Assembly: GCF_037042905.1 (NCBI RefSeq)
Contig: NC_087263.1
Span: forward strand, 9,550,001-9,614,000
Direction of reading: 5' to 3'
Length of the DNA: 64,000 bases
From: Lytechinus pictus
Lineage: Eukaryota
Positions 1 through 13,850 of the stretch are shown in pieces. How positions within the stretch are numbered: the first letter of the stretch is position 1; each line of letters starts with the position of its first letter. The translations under genes and the position numbers were made by a program. The notes below the pieces were generated by a model. That model did no database searches and was not told where the DNA came from. It was given only the letters and a program-made list of their open reading frames with translations.

Positions 1-631
1 TTGAAAAGAAAGAAAAAAAAAGAGAAGAGGGAAGTGGCCCCCGGCCCCCGTGCCCCACTTGGATACCAATATTACAAGCATTAAAAAATATCAGGATTAT
101 CATTGTGCAGGGGGCCTACATGACAATGACCCGACTTTATGGAGGAATTATTCAAATAATTTCTGGATATTATGCTCTCCAGAATGCACTCCACATAGAT
201 GAAAAATTGAAATTTTGAAATGGCTGCATATGTATCAGCTGTCAGCAGATTCATTCTCCAAGATTTGAACCATTAGCTAGCAATGAAATCATTGAATTTT
301 GATGAGATATGCTCTTGCTTGAAAGTTACCTTCAACAAAGGAAGAAAAATCAGACCTTTGATCATGAAGGTTAAAAAGCTTGCTGGAAGAAAATGTGCAC
401 TTTCATTCTATGAATAGGCTTGTAATAACACAATCAAAACTTGTAATACGGAGGTGACAAACGGCAAATACAGAGCCTTCCTTTAGCAAATTTGATCTGA
501 AGCTTTATTGTGTCCGTTTTGTCGTTGGATGTTTGTCTAGGGTCAAGAGAGAAAGAACTAATAAAAAAAGAGTATAACGTGAAAATATTGTTTGCTTATT
601 CATCTTCTCTTTGTTTGAAAAGATGAGCCTT

Positions 632-1117
632 CCCTACTGGAAAGAACACAGTATCACACCATGGACCAACTGCACAGGTCCATGGTAACACAGTGTGATC
701 TCAGTGTGTTCACATAGTGAACTGTTAAAATGCTCAAAGTGTAAGATATTTTCACACTGTGGACACCTCGAAAGTGTGACTGCTCACAGAGTGTTCACAT
801 GGTCGACTATGTGAAAATATTAATTATTCAGCAGTGTGAAGATATTTTCACACTGTGGACACCTCGACAGGGTGACTGTTCACAGCGTGTTCACATGGTC
901 GACTATGTGAAAATATTAATTATTCAGCAGTGTGAAGATATTTTCACACTGTGGACACCTCAACAGGGTGACTGTTCACAGCGTGTTCACTTGGTCGACT
1001 ATGTGAATATGTGATTCACACTGTTGAAATATTCAAATTTAACAGTGTGAAGGTGATTTCACATTGTGTTCTACACTGTGGCACACACTGTGGGACACTG
1101 TGTTCTTTGTAGTAGGG
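632..1117. mobile_element. MITE with CCCTACT...AGTAGGG ends and an internal 96-bp tandem duplication
   Basis: TIR ccctactggaaagaacacagt vs reverse complement of the right end ccctactacaaagaacacagt. Many CACACTGTG/ACAGTGTG subunits. 96-bp period at 799/895/991. No clear TSD. Confidence 0.75.
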
Positions 1118-3569
1118 CTGTTTGATGTCATATTCGTATTAATGATGCAGTCACACCAACGAAACCGACTCCAAACCGACCAATGGTATGTCATTGGTAA
1201 TAATGTAATAGATTTGATCGGTCATGTACATGGAGGTTTTGTTGGTGTGGCTGTCGCAGAAAAGAGACTGAAATCTTCATGATTGGTTGTGAAATTCTGA
1301 ATGATATTCAAGCTGTTCGTTGGTTTACATGTAGATCTCTGCTAAAATATGGAGATCTTCTAATTTATCGCTTGAAAATAAGTTTTGGTGTATCCTTAAT
1401 TCTTATTCTCCAGGTATTATACATGTAGCTCTATCAGAGTTTTTTATTTTATAGATATTACGTTTTCACTTGCATTTAGTGCTTATCCTTGATAGCTAGC
1501 ATATTGTTTTTAGCTGTCTTTCGATAAATAAAAAGTTCTAGTCAATAACAGTTCAAGAAGGGCAGGCGCTCACATATGCAGAAACTTGGTGCATAAAATC
1601 AAACTTGTCGAGCATGAATAAAGTAGAATTTCATTTGATCTTTTCTGTGCAATATGTGAACTTCACTCTCATTTGACTAGGACCTAGGGTCAAACCATTT
1701 TGTTTTTTCAACAACCCCTCCTCCTTGCTCCTGCCCCCAAAAGTCAACCCAAATATCCCTTGGTGATTAAAATACTTGTTACCATGACAACATCACACAC
1801 TCATGACATGGATCCATGTTTTTCTGGCTGGATTTAATACGGCCATAAAGGGAAGTTCTTTTGGAGGTGGTTGTTTTCTTCCAAGTTCATTGGCTTGGTT
1901 TCTTGTCATTGAGTTGGCGTACAGGGGTACATGTAAATCCGACAATTTAACTTTCACTTGGGAATGCTCAGGTTACAGGGAGGTCTGGCGATAGTTTTTA
2001 AAGAATGATATCATTTACATTTAGTAATACCTTGGATTATTTTCCTTTGAAAATATAATTAATTCCATCTCCCTTTTAGTTCTAGTTACTGTAGTCTGTA
2101 TGAAATTCAAAACAATGGATGCTTATTGTTGCTTTGTTAGAAAACATGTTTGGCAGTGTAGGAAAATAGATGGGGCAGTGGGCAATTTCACCCTCATTAA
2201 AGCTAAAATCATCCCTAAGATTCTCAAAATTTAATGCTTTTGGGTGATAATCTTTCCATAGTAGCCCTAAGATCTGCCACAAACAATATATAAGAACATA
2301 TAGAAAATATATAGAAGAATTATATTTGCATTCACTGCATAATTGCTCGTTGCACTATAAAGCTCTTCAAATGAAAGAAATACATGTAGCCCCCAAAATT
2401 AGAAAAAATAGCACTGAGAAAATGAATATTATTTCCTTCCCTGCATTGTTTGGTCACATAGGCCTACCGTATTTTGTTGTTTATCTTTGAATTCAATACA
2501 ATGGAATATAATCTACCAATTGGTTATATAGAATGAATGATGACTGCCATTTCATTTACAATTTGATATCAATTCTTGCGAATTGAAAAAATAAACCCAT
2601 AAATATGTTCCGCTTTCATGTAATTCAATCTGGTGGCTATAAAAGTGGTCCAAAAATGGTTAGTTTCACAAACTACTGTACATTGTCATAAATCTTTCAA
2701 TATCAGGTTTTTGGTGGACCTGAGCTTTACATTGAACACACATGTAGTTGTAAATCTTTTGTCTTTTTTTTATATTTTAGTGGACAATTGTTTTTTCAAG
2801 GGCTCCCCAAATTTATGGAACTAGTACTGGTCTTTTGGTTTGGCAGTAAATCTAACATGACAAGGCATCAAGTGGACATTTCTTTTATACTACCTATAGA
2901 AATTGAAGAATATAGATGTATTTTATTTTCATTTGATTGATATAAATGTTAAACATACCTTCAAACTTTGATTTAGGTGTGACCACCTGTATCGTTGGAA
3001 GAAAAGAAAAATCTTATGATCTTTGTAGGTTTGCATGGTGGAGTATAACGTGGAGAAGGTTTCACTTCATCCTGCTCCTACTCAAACCATCGCTACTCAA
3101 GCCATATTCAGCTCATCTCATCTGGTTTACAGTCCTTTTCAGGACTTCACCCACTTTCAAGAAAGAATACTTCTAATTTCCTCTTTTCATCCTATCTCGT
3201 CTTTCAATTTCAATCTAATTCTGCCTGTATTTCCTTCCCTTCTTCACATTATACATGGTGAACCCTAAACCTTCTCCACGTAATAAAAATCTTGTGATTA
3301 TGAGTTCTCCATGAAAACCTACTGTACTTGGGAACATACATGAAAATTGAGAAAGGTCATTAGAACCTTGTACAAAAAATGTAAAAAATGTAAAAATTTA
3401 AAATTACCAACTGCTTGTGAATTTTTCATAATAACCCCCCCCCCTTTAAAAATCATTCCGCGGCCCCTTTGAGCAGTGCATCATTTATAGCTCCAGAAGA
3501 TTCTCTTGTATCAATATGACCATAACAATATGTACATGTACACACAATATCATATCATGAACTAATAAT

Positions 3570-3772
3570 GGAGGTGCCATGACCGAGTGGTCTAAGGTGC
3601 CTGGTTAGACATATGAGAGTCTCGGGATCGAATCCCGGCCATGGTACTTACCGTATACATCCGAGAGCAAGGCATTATTAAAATCGATAGTGCTCTTTTA
3701 ATTGACATTCAAATAAATGAAAATGCATTACACGCATTCATAGTAACTTTATGTGCGCTTGTTAAAAGAAAA
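3570..3772 (+). mobile_element. tRNA-derived SINE, decayed
   Basis: A-box-like TGACCGAGTGG and B-box-like GGATCGAATCC, followed by a non-tRNA body. Confidence 0.6.
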
Positions 3773-4089
3773 ACTAAGTTTGGTTCAACCTGAACTTAAA
3801 ACAAGCTCTATAAAATTGATGGTCTTTCCTGTAGCTTAGGCATAGGGACGTACATGCCAAATCTTTGCAATTTTCTTTATTTCTCTAAGCATTGCGTTGT
3901 CTTGGCTATATTTTTCTGCTTATTCGAAAGATATATTTTTTGTATCTAGACTGAAATGCACATCTTGCACACCAAGTGACATGTCTGTCTAAAAAAAGAA
4001 GAAGCAAGAAGAAAAAAAAAGAAGAAGAAATCATGCACCTGCTCCATTGCTATGGTGATGATGAAGAGAATTCAGACATTTCTGGATCT

Positions 4090-4325
4090 TGGCTTTTCCC
4101 TCTTCTTTTTCCTTTCCTCTTTTTCTTCTTCTTTGATGTTATTGTGTTTCCCCCCTCACCCAACTTTTGTTACCCCTCCCTCACTCTTCTTAACTTTCTT
4201 TTCTATCCCTCTTTTCCCTTCTCTCTCTTCCCCCTCTCTCTTCTTTTCATCCTTTTTATCTCTTCTCTGACTTTTCCCCCCTCTCTTTCTCTCTCCCTCT
4301 CTCTCCTCTCCCCTATTTTCCCTTG
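4090..4325. repeat. CT-rich low-complexity tract
   Basis: Almost purely pyrimidine on the + strand. Explains the spurious Phe/Leu/Ser ORF at 3976-4533. Confidence 0.85.
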
Positions 4326-4443
4326 GTATGTAATTCACACCTTTTTACCTGCTAGGAAATATTTATCCTCTCCTTTTATTCATAAAAAAAAGATTACTCA
4401 ATTCACAGTACACACATCCGCATCCTTCCTTCGGGTAACATCA

Positions 4444-4582
4444 GGGATGCATTTCACTAGATACTTTGTCAGGGATATTCACTTACAAAGTTGCTCTCAG
4501 CCAATCAGCTTTGAGGATTTCAGTAGCTTATAACAGTAGTCAGTGAAGAGTCAATGATGCAATGGTTCATGAAATGCATCTC
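4444..4582. mobile_element. About 140-bp MITE with a CCAAT-containing core; related copies at 43743-43881 and 62802-62952
   Basis: Ends gggatgcatttca / tgaaatgcatctc. Core ctcagccaatcag...aggatttcagtagcttataaca is near-identical at 43793-43832 and more diverged at about 62866-62903. Confidence 0.65.
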
Positions 4583-4738
4583 AGGATAGGCACACTCTCG
4601 GTTGCAGCTGTCTCAACCCCCTGTTCAGAGTTATATAGGTTCAGATTGGTGTAATTGATTGCTCTGTAGGGGCGGAGAAACATGAATGCTTGCATCATTG
4701 CGACCATGTTCACATTGGAGAAACATGAACGTTTGAAC

Positions 4739-4840
4739 CATGGTGTAGTGGGTCTGACTCTTGCCTTGTAATCATAGGGTCGTGTGTTCAAATCCCTCTG
4801 CGGCCCAGCGTCCATTGGCAAGGCATCATAATTTTGCATG
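4739..4840 (+). mobile_element. SINE tRNA-like head fragment
   Basis: TGGTGTAGTGG A box and GTTCAAATCC B box, then cattggcaaggca. A related inverted copy lies at about 25805-26055. Confidence 0.55.
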
Positions 4841-6507
4841 CCAAGTTGTTTCTAAGAAGTCATAACTTGCCTGTTTACCATACTAAAACATTTATGTTTA
4901 CATTATTTCCTACATGACATGTTGGGCAAACTGCGAAACATCATGAGCAATCAAAGATGTCATGATGAAGGTGGTGGGCCTATGCATTGGTCTGTAGAAA
5001 ATGCTACAATTGACACGTTATGTTATATCCATCTCGGAAAGCGTTTGATTTGAAAAGATGACCCGTTCAAATCATCAAGTCGCAACTTGTTCTTTCCCTT
5101 TCATAAACGATATGTACATTGATAGGCCTGTGTCATTATATGTGTACATCTAGTGTACACATTATTTTTCTGTGTGAACATATTTTTCTTTCCTCAGTCC
5201 CACCTATTCACTTTCCCCATTACCACCTTTCATGAGAGTTGATGCCCCAATGTGTCATTGCCTAACAGAATTTAACAAGCAAATTGATTGTCACCGCAGG
5301 TACGATGTAAAGTTGATTTTTCAGATCGATGGAAAGTTATTGAATCTGAGAAATACAAAGCTAAGACCACGAGTATTCACCTGAATTTTGTTTATTGCCC
5401 TCATGGAGGCAATTTGTCAAATGCTGTTTGGTATCCCATGGCAACCGATTTGTTTATAATCCACCATGCTACAGTTGCCAGCTGGTAACATGTGATATTT
5501 CAGAGATATGTCAGAATTGATCTGTTTGTATTTTCAAATAAAATAAGATTGTAATAAACAGACATAATTTCTCCATTTTGAGTGTCAAATAGAACTATAA
5601 TTGAGTTTTGAAGAAAGTCTGTGGAGTTGGGGTGGGGGAAGGGAATAGTTCGCTGGGTTACATATTAACACTTTTTTATTCTAGATCTAAACATTGTTTT
5701 CAAAGATGTTTAGTTATGGTTGCATTTAGTATTTCGGTCAAACCAAAAAAAAAAACCCCAACAAATTCTGCTAAGGGCTGCTCTATTTTGCAAAATCTAA
5801 ATTCAGTTACATAAAAAAATAAATATAGGGGCTATAAATTAAAAAAAGGCCAGTCACTTCTTGCACATTAACTTTAAGTAGAGGTGATCAAAACTGGGGG
5901 AAAGTCCTATTTCTCTTGCTATCAAGTAATTTATAAAGTCATGCATAATGAATAAAATAAACAGCTTTACAAACATCACCTTGAAATAACGACACAAGGC
6001 AAAACATATTTGCGGCCAAGAATTTCAGAACCAATTTATCTTTATTAGCCCTTTCGCAAAACCCATGAGCCCTCAAATCGTACCTTAAGTAGAGGGATTA
6101 GCCTTGGAAAAGAGAATTATTAATGATCTGTCACCGCAGTCAAAACACTAACTACATGTATATCAATGTTGGTTAAGAAGGGAAAGGATTAGCAGCTTAG
6201 CTTACTATTGCCTCAAGGTGAAATTGGTCCCATAATAAAGATTTTCAAAGATTGATAAAGTGGAAGGCTTTAAGAAGGTATACAAAATACTAAGCCTATT
6301 ATGCCCATCATACAATATTTATGATAATTGCGATGGTTATACGGAAAGTCTAAATATTTTTCTCTGTATTGTAGTAATTGGAAGGGAGTTTGATGAATAT
6401 CTCAAAAGAATGTTGATTCTTAACTTTCGTTTTTCAAATGATTAATTGCATTAGGAGTATTGACTTCACCTGTTTACTTATTTTCACCTAAAAGTATGCG
6501 CTTTTAT

Positions 6508-6680
6508 TGGTTCGAAACCCAGCCATGGTGTTAAGATCCTTCAGCGAGGATTTCATCCATATCGCGCTGCACTCAACCCAGGTGCGGTAGTGGGGACCTG
6601 ACAGGATTCATTTCTTGAAATGCCTTCGTGCTGTAAAAGTCTGTCAGGCGAACGCTAGGGTAATAACATCTAAGTCTATT
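6508..6680 (+). mobile_element. Partial copy of the 8331 SINE family
   Basis: ggttcgaaacccagccatgg...gctgcactcaacccaggtg matches 8384-8458. Confidence 0.65.
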
Positions 6681-8330
6681 GGAAACACATGTATTGAATT
6701 CAATTTACAAACAAATACAAATTAATACAAAAACATGTATTTCCCCCTTTTTGTACACTGTGCATGTACATGTAGGCCCTACTCCTTTTGGGAGTGTAAA
6801 GGAAATAGGTTGGATTTACAACTTATTTAAAAAAAAAATCTTTCTTTTACTGTCCTTCACATGTATGTATACCTGTCTTCACATCTCTTATATTTACCCA
6901 TTTCGAGTTTCAACAATTTACAAGTTTATATCATGATTCTTAGCAGAATAACTTAAGATATCTTGATGGGTCAACTTGTAAATTTGCTGTTATTTTCTGT
7001 GCTGTGTGTTAAGCATATGCATCATACGTATTAAAAGTCTTGCCACGAATACCACCATGGGTACTTCACATTACAATTGTTGTACATTCCACTTTTATGC
7101 ACCATTAATTCTGGTTAATAAAAGCATGGGCTATTCTCTCTCCCTCCACTTGAATGTAAATGCAGCATCGTATTATGGTAATTTGAAAGAATATCCCTTT
7201 TAAGACTGTCTCCAACTCCGACCTCTGAAAGCCAAGGGAACAAAGACTTGATACAGTGATATACCAGTTAATGTTCAAGATGGGTGAAAGTTTGGCACCG
7301 TGCAAGTCACTGGTGTCTGGGACCGGTGCCTAGTATGGTCTTACATCTTGATAGTACTATTTGCACCATCTTTCTTATGCTTTGTTTCGGCTTGGCTGAA
7401 GTACATACAAAGCACCCGACTCTCTTTAATGAGTATACATAAAAAAGCCATTATGAATGATAACATTGTATCATAGAGCTATTATGATCGTATAGCTTCC
7501 GTCCTTTATTTGTTTGCTAGAAAGTGAGCATGGCTGGACCTTACTTTATCAATAGGCCTATCTTTATTTTGAATTCAAATTCAAATTGATTTATTTCACA
7601 TTTCTTAAAAGAGCAGGATAGGCTACAATACATGGTTAATGAATGCAAAAGAAATTATAACAACAACAATTTTAGATTCTTCAGTTAACCAACAGTCAAA
7701 AGTTAGGATCTAAATATTTGAGTTGGTCCTTCTCCTATATACTTTCCTGTTCCTGTTTTTTAGGATTTGTGAGGTGTTTCTTTGAGCAAACTGGTTGCAG
7801 CAGTGGGATGGGAATAGGCCGAAACATTCAAAATTGTGAATAGGGCAGTCTTGAAATATAAATATAACAGTAAAAGAAACATAACAGAAATCAATTGTTA
7901 CACATACAGAAGCACAGACATTTGCATGCAAATTCAAAAGAATCAAGTGGAATCCTACTAGAGATGTATTTTTGATTTATCTCAGTTTCTAGCTACTTTT
8001 GAAATGATATTTTTACAACATTTAATTAAGTTATCATAGCTTTGGGCTAGTCTGCAAGCACAGACTCATATTTGACTCTTTAACAGATTACTCCATGTCG
8101 ATAGATGCCAAACTTTCTGAGTCAGCCAGTCTCACTATACTTCAATTTCTGCATTATGCACTATGTGAATTGCGAAATCCAAGGTTCTTTGGGCTACTCT
8201 CATCGTGATAGATGAACATTTATTAATCCACTTTTTCCATGTACATATAGGTTTGAATAAAGGATATCTTTCAGTACATCATACCTGTTGGCCTGCAGTA
8301 TGGGGCCTATATGCCCATCTTAATCTTAGT

Positions 8331-8610
8331 GGAGCGTTGTGGCCCAGTGGATTAGTCTTCGGACTTTGAAACAGAGGGTCATGGGTTCGAATCCCAGCCA
8401 TGGCGTAATTTCCTTCAGCAAGAAACTAATCCACAGTTTGCTGCACTCAACCCAGGTGAGGTAAATGGGTACCGGTAGGAAGTAATTCCTTAAAAAGCTG
8501 TGTGCGCTATGAACGCCTAGCTTAGCCGGGTAATGTAGGAGCGCCTTGAGCACCTAACAAGGTGGATATGTGCGCAATATAAATATCCTATATTATTATA
8601 TTATTATTAA
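8331..8610 (+). mobile_element. Near full-length tRNA-derived SINE with a (TAT)n tail
   Basis: A box TGGCCCAGTGG, B box GGTTCGAATCC, central ctgcactcaacccaggtg...aatgggtacc, and a 3' gcgccttgagcac...(tat)n tail. A similar tail recurs at 61076-61138. Confidence 0.85.
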
Positions 8611-10639
8611 TAATTCCAATTTACAATAGGCCCAACGATATAGTTTTAGCATTTATAGTATGGAACAGAGCTCAGGCCCACCCAATGTCAAAATGAATCC
8701 CAATCCAATCCAAGTTTTATTACCCCTTTGATCTTTATGATATAATGAGATTAAACAGCTCATCCTCAATTTATCCTGTACCCCTAATACACCCATTTTA
8801 ATCCTATACAAGTGGTCCCTGTCTGCAACAATAAAAAGACCAGTCGCAGAATTGGATGAAGGACCTCATTTAGACCGGCCTTTCTCTTATAGGGATTCCA
8901 GGTTAAGTGGGGTCTGAATAGTGTTTGTAACAGGCAGTTTGTCATGTCTATATAGTGTGATGGATGGATATTGGGCGAAAGAGAGAATTGATTGAAGATT
9001 ATGTTGTTGTTCTGTCTGTGGTTCTGTGATATTTTGATGTAAATGAGAATGTGTGTGTCTATAACAGGATGTGTAACCTTCCCTTAGGTTGTCATTGATA
9101 ACAACATCATGAAGAGAATCTCTTCCAAGTTGCATTTATGGTGACACCATCTGTAGCCCAGCCCAGTCTCCTTCCAGTACCACACCCGTCGACCCAAGCC
9201 TCCAAGCTCTTTCTCTTGCTGTGATATTGACCCTATAAAGAAATGATAAAAAGTTTTAAGAAATATTTTACACAATCTTTCATATTTTCTTCAGATAAAA
9301 AAAATCATATCATGGTTCAGCAGGCATAGGCATAATTATTGCTAAATGATAATGACAATGAAACTACAAATTTCCTGTGATATACTCTCATCTATTTAAT
9401 TTAATGTCATTTATATTACTTCTTTAAATTCTTTTGTAGTTGACTTGGAAGCATTGAGGGAGAATTCTCTTTCTTTCCTTGTTTATTGTTATTCTTTTTT
9501 CTTCAAAGTAATGCTCTGTTTTGATATTTTAATATAATGAAAGTGTTAGTAATTTCCAGTATGATAAAGCACAGACATACGATTCCTGTACTTTTTTTTT
9601 AAATTTACATTTAGAAGGAAAATAGTATTTGTATGTTAGCCAATGACTATGTTACATCACATTCCTATGTTGTACACTTCAAGTCCCCTTATAACAGCCC
9701 CGAAATATACATGCCAACGATCCATACCATTCAGTGAAACTTTCAAGAATGGATTCATGTTTATTCAAGAATTCACCCCAAACAATGCACTAATGGCTGC
9801 CCAGTTTTCACAAAGTCTTAGCCCCTATTTGATCAAGTCACTGACCACTGCTAGATCAATGTTTGACCAATGCTTGACCAAATGATTGACCAGGGATGTA
9901 GTGAAGTGGTTACCAGAACGGCTTGATGGAATCTATTTTGATTTCTTTCATTTATACTTGAATTAAAGGTAAATTTGAATTGTAATCAGAATTTAAATTT
10001 CATATAAGACTCAGTACTGTTGTCATGAGTTTTTAGGTACATTCCAGGCATGGGCGATGCAAAATCAGAAGTGCTAATATTTATCTGTAAACATGCAGAT
10101 ATGATACCTAAATGATCTGTGTTTGTACTTGAGTAAAAAAAATGGTTGATAGATAGTGAACAAGGGACTATCATTGATCATTCTCAGCCCATTAAATTGC
10201 CTGTGAGAATAATTTCCTGCACAGTCTAACAAACAACTCAACAGTGTAGAGATGCTACAGCAGACAAGAAAAGTTATTGTTCCATTTCATGGTGACTGAA
10301 GAGGTCTCTTTCACAAAGTTATATGTGTGATATGAAATAATACTTTCACTTTGATGTGCACATGGAATCTTTTTGATCTTTCCAGTCAAGTAATACTGTT
10401 CACAACTTAGAATTTAATTATGACTTTAAGGTAAATTTATCAGGGTCCTGGGAACGAATTTTAATAGGGGGTGCTGATTTGGAAGAAAAATTAGACAAGG
10501 TTAAAAAAAAAAGGTTTCCACTCCTAAATTTACTTTTTTGAGTGAGGGAAAATTTGACAAGCCCCCTCCCCCAAAAAAAATTAATAAAAAGAAGGTGATT
10601 TTGGTTTAATCTCTACTTTTAGCATACATGCACCAACCT

Positions 10640-11000
10640 GATTTTTTACAGATATGACAATAAAGACCAACTTGACTGGACATAGTATTAAACAATGCTA
10701 ATTCCACATGTTCAGGGAGGAATTAATCTTTTTTTTACACTTGACAATGAGGAGAAAATTAGAATATTTCACATTTCCCACAATAAAATACAAAAGAAAT
10801 AGTGAGTGGATGACGTCATCAGTCTCCTTATTTGCATACCGACCAGGATGTGCATATAACTGTTTTGTAAATTTAAGCAAAACTTTAAATGCCATAACTT
10901 TCTTATTTTACATCCGATTTTGATTAAATTTTCAGTGTTATGCTTATTGGATTTTTCTCTTTTTAATCAAATCAACTTTTTGTTGGGGTGGACGTGTCCT
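10640..11000. mobile_element. Right half of the TTAA-flanked AGG...CCT MITE family (Kolobok/T2-like)
   Basis: Matches 52790-53148 and ends ggtggacgtgtcct|TTAA. Confidence 0.75.
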
Positions 11001-11508
11001 TTAATGCCCCACGAAACAACCCCTTCCCCCAACCGTATAGAGCATCTAGCCATCTGAGAAAGATCGAGAAGTAGATCGAAGACTACATCACATGCTTCAC
11101 TTATGTTTCCCCCAACTAAAATGATGACTAATAATTCTCCGAAGGTCACCGATGTATTCCAAACTCTAGTCATCCTGACCCATCTCCCATTCCCATTCTG
11201 GCTTTTAATTCATCCTTTCTCCTCTTCTTGTTTGTTTGCATTTTGAACAAGAGTGTTTTCTCACTTGATTTGCACAACAATGGTAGCATGTCTGTCCTCG
11301 TTTGAGAGCTCGGACTGTTTGGCAAATAAAAGGACCATGAAGAAAACTGGACATTGGCATGGAAAAAGTATGATAAGAATTTCATTTTCCGAGACATGAA
11401 TTTGTTCTGCGAAATACATGACCTTTTCAACTTTAAATTTTATTGTTTTCAAGGCAAGGACACCTTTTCACTAAGTACAAATGTGAAAATAAAAAAGGGG
11501 CACAAAAT

Positions 11509-11808
11509 CCCTGATGGAAAGAGCACAGTGTCACTCAGTGTGATCACAGTGTGTTAACAGTGTGGATGTGAAGATATTATTCACACTGTTAAAATACTCA
11601 AATTCAACAGTGTGAAGGTATTTTCACACTGTGGACACCTCAACAGTGTGACTGTTCACAGCGTGATCGCATGGTCGACTATGTGAATATGTGATTCACA
11701 CCATTGAAATGCACAAATTTAACAGTGTGAAAGTGATTTCACATTGTGTTCCACACTGTGAACACACTGTGGCATACACTGTGAGGCATTGTGTTCTTTT
11801 CAGTAGGG
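11509..11808. mobile_element. Second, shorter copy of the 632-1117 MITE family
   Basis: Similar ends (ccctgatggaaagagcacagt ... tgtgttcttttcagtaggg) and the same internal blocks (ttttcacactgtggacacctcaacag, ggtcgactatgtgaatatgtgattcaca). Confidence 0.75.
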
Positions 11809-13039
11809 TTACCCAATGGGGGCACCAGGGCCAGTCAGTATGGCATCGAAGGCCATGGCCTTCAGTGGCTTTGAATTAATTTAAGATCTGATCGATAACA
11901 GATGAATTGACTTATTTAGATCTTGGCTACCTTTATATAAAAGGAATATTGATTGAGATTGTCTATTAGTCTAATTGAAAGTTGCAGTCCTGGGAAAGAG
12001 TTGCAATCGATTCCAACAAAACTCAAATTTATGTGAGTGATGTAAATTTGTGTATTAAAAAGATTTGAACTGAGATAAATCGTAATATGAGTCTGATTAG
12101 CAAATCTTTGTAAGTGGAGGCAAAGATAAATCTGAAATATACATTTGTAATATCTTATTTCTTTGACAGATATCTTCCATATAGGGCCAATTCTATAAAA
12201 GAACACCTTTAAAAACTAATGTAAATGGTTAAAGTTTGAGAAATGAAAATATCTCAATTCAAATTTCTGTCTAGGAATGTTTGTTTACTTTTCTTACTGC
12301 TTGCACATTAGCTATTTCACCAGGATGAGAATTACAATATTTATTTTAAAATTCCTTCCAGCATTTGATTGAAGACCCATATATATCACAGAGTGCTTAA
12401 TGTGAGTTAATGGCCAATTTCAAATACCACAAAGATTCCATGAATATAGATTATTTTATGTAGCATGTAACATTCATCACTCAGTTGTATAAATTTCCTT
12501 ATATTTCATAGGAGTTTGATATAATTGATAATCCTGTACCAGATAATTGTTATTACAGTTTACATTTTCAACAATCATATCAATTTCACTTCAAATGCAG
12601 TCCATTTTATAGAAATGTGACATATCGTTCTAGATGACAAATCTATGAATAGTATTAAAAAATGCAGTGAAAAATAGTTTATAGGCTTCAAAACGACAAA
12701 CAGTCATAATTTGCCAGCAAGACCTTGAAATACCAATTCATATTCAGTTTTCTTGCTTAATTGAGTGAAGCGAAGCAAATTATTATTTAATTTATTATTT
12801 CTTTATGATAAATGAGACTTCATTTCCTTATATTGGTCTAGATGTTTGATTAGTGATTGAATTAGCTTCGAGTACCCCCCCCCCCCATGGCAGAAAATGT
12901 ACTTAGTGCAAATGGATCTATTTGCTCACCTCAAGGTTGAAGGCTCTATATCTATAATGTTCATATTTAAAAAAAAATTTAACTGCTTGGTTGATAATCC
13001 AGATTGGAATTGATTTATTTGATGAATTTTCCTGTGTTC

Positions 13040-13850
13040 AAACATGGTCCATGGTTCAAATAACATTAATGTAATAAATTGTCGTTAACTAAAAAATGAA
13101 ATTTAACTTCGTATAAAATTTGGAGTTGGGAGAGCTTTCATAAGGCAGCTTATTTTCAGGCTGTACATTTCATTATTAATTCAATTATCATACATTAATA
13201 ATATGTAGTTTAAATTACATTAATGTAATAAATTAACTTTAATCCATAGACTCTTGTAATTTGGAGAACTTTGGATGAACTGTCATCAGGCAAATCATAT
13301 CATCTAAAAATTATTTAGTCTCCTGTAAAACATAAATTGAACTTCTAATAAGGTTTGTAGACCTGTAGATGAGCTATCTTAAAATTCAGTTATTAATTCA
13401 GTTATTGTAAATAAGTCTGTAGTTCAAATTACTAATGTAACAAATTGTCTTTAATTTTGATTCTTGTAAAAGAGCAATTTGGAGTTGGATATGCTTATCA
13501 TCAGGCAAATAATATTTTATCATTTACAAATATATGTAGTCTCTTGTAAAAGATAAATTGAACCCAAAATTGAACTTCTAATAAGATTTGGAGTTGGATG
13601 AGCTATCATACCATTCAGTTATTGATTTAATTAACATAATTTAATCTGTAGGTTAATTAGTGTACTAAACTGTCTTTAATTTAGATTCCTGTTAAAGAGA
13701 AATTCAGAGTTGGATGAACCATCATTGACATTGGGCAGGTCATATAGTCTATGGTTCGAATTGCGTTAAAGAGTTTTTAATTCAGACTCCTGTGAGAAAG
13801 TAATATTGAACTTTTTATGAAAATTATAGGTGGGAATGGATGCATGAGCT
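13040..13850. repeat. Degenerate tandem repeat array
   Basis: Recurring blocks taatgtaa(t/c)aaattgtc, ttggagttggatg and aattgaacttctaataag, with spacing of roughly 230 bp in the distal part. Confidence 0.6.

Noticed and set aside
799..1014. Regularly spaced repeats that might suggest a CRISPR array or a repeat protein
   Set aside because: The units are contiguous near-identical 96-mers with no unique spacers, inside a MITE in eukaryotic DNA.
3976..4533. 185-aa hydrophobic ORF
   Set aside because: It arises from a CT-rich low-complexity tract plus a MITE and has no recognisable domain.
8331..8405. Possible tRNA gene (also at 3570 and 4739)
   Set aside because: A and B boxes are present, but there is no proper acceptor stem and the sequence continues into a SINE body, so these are SINE heads.
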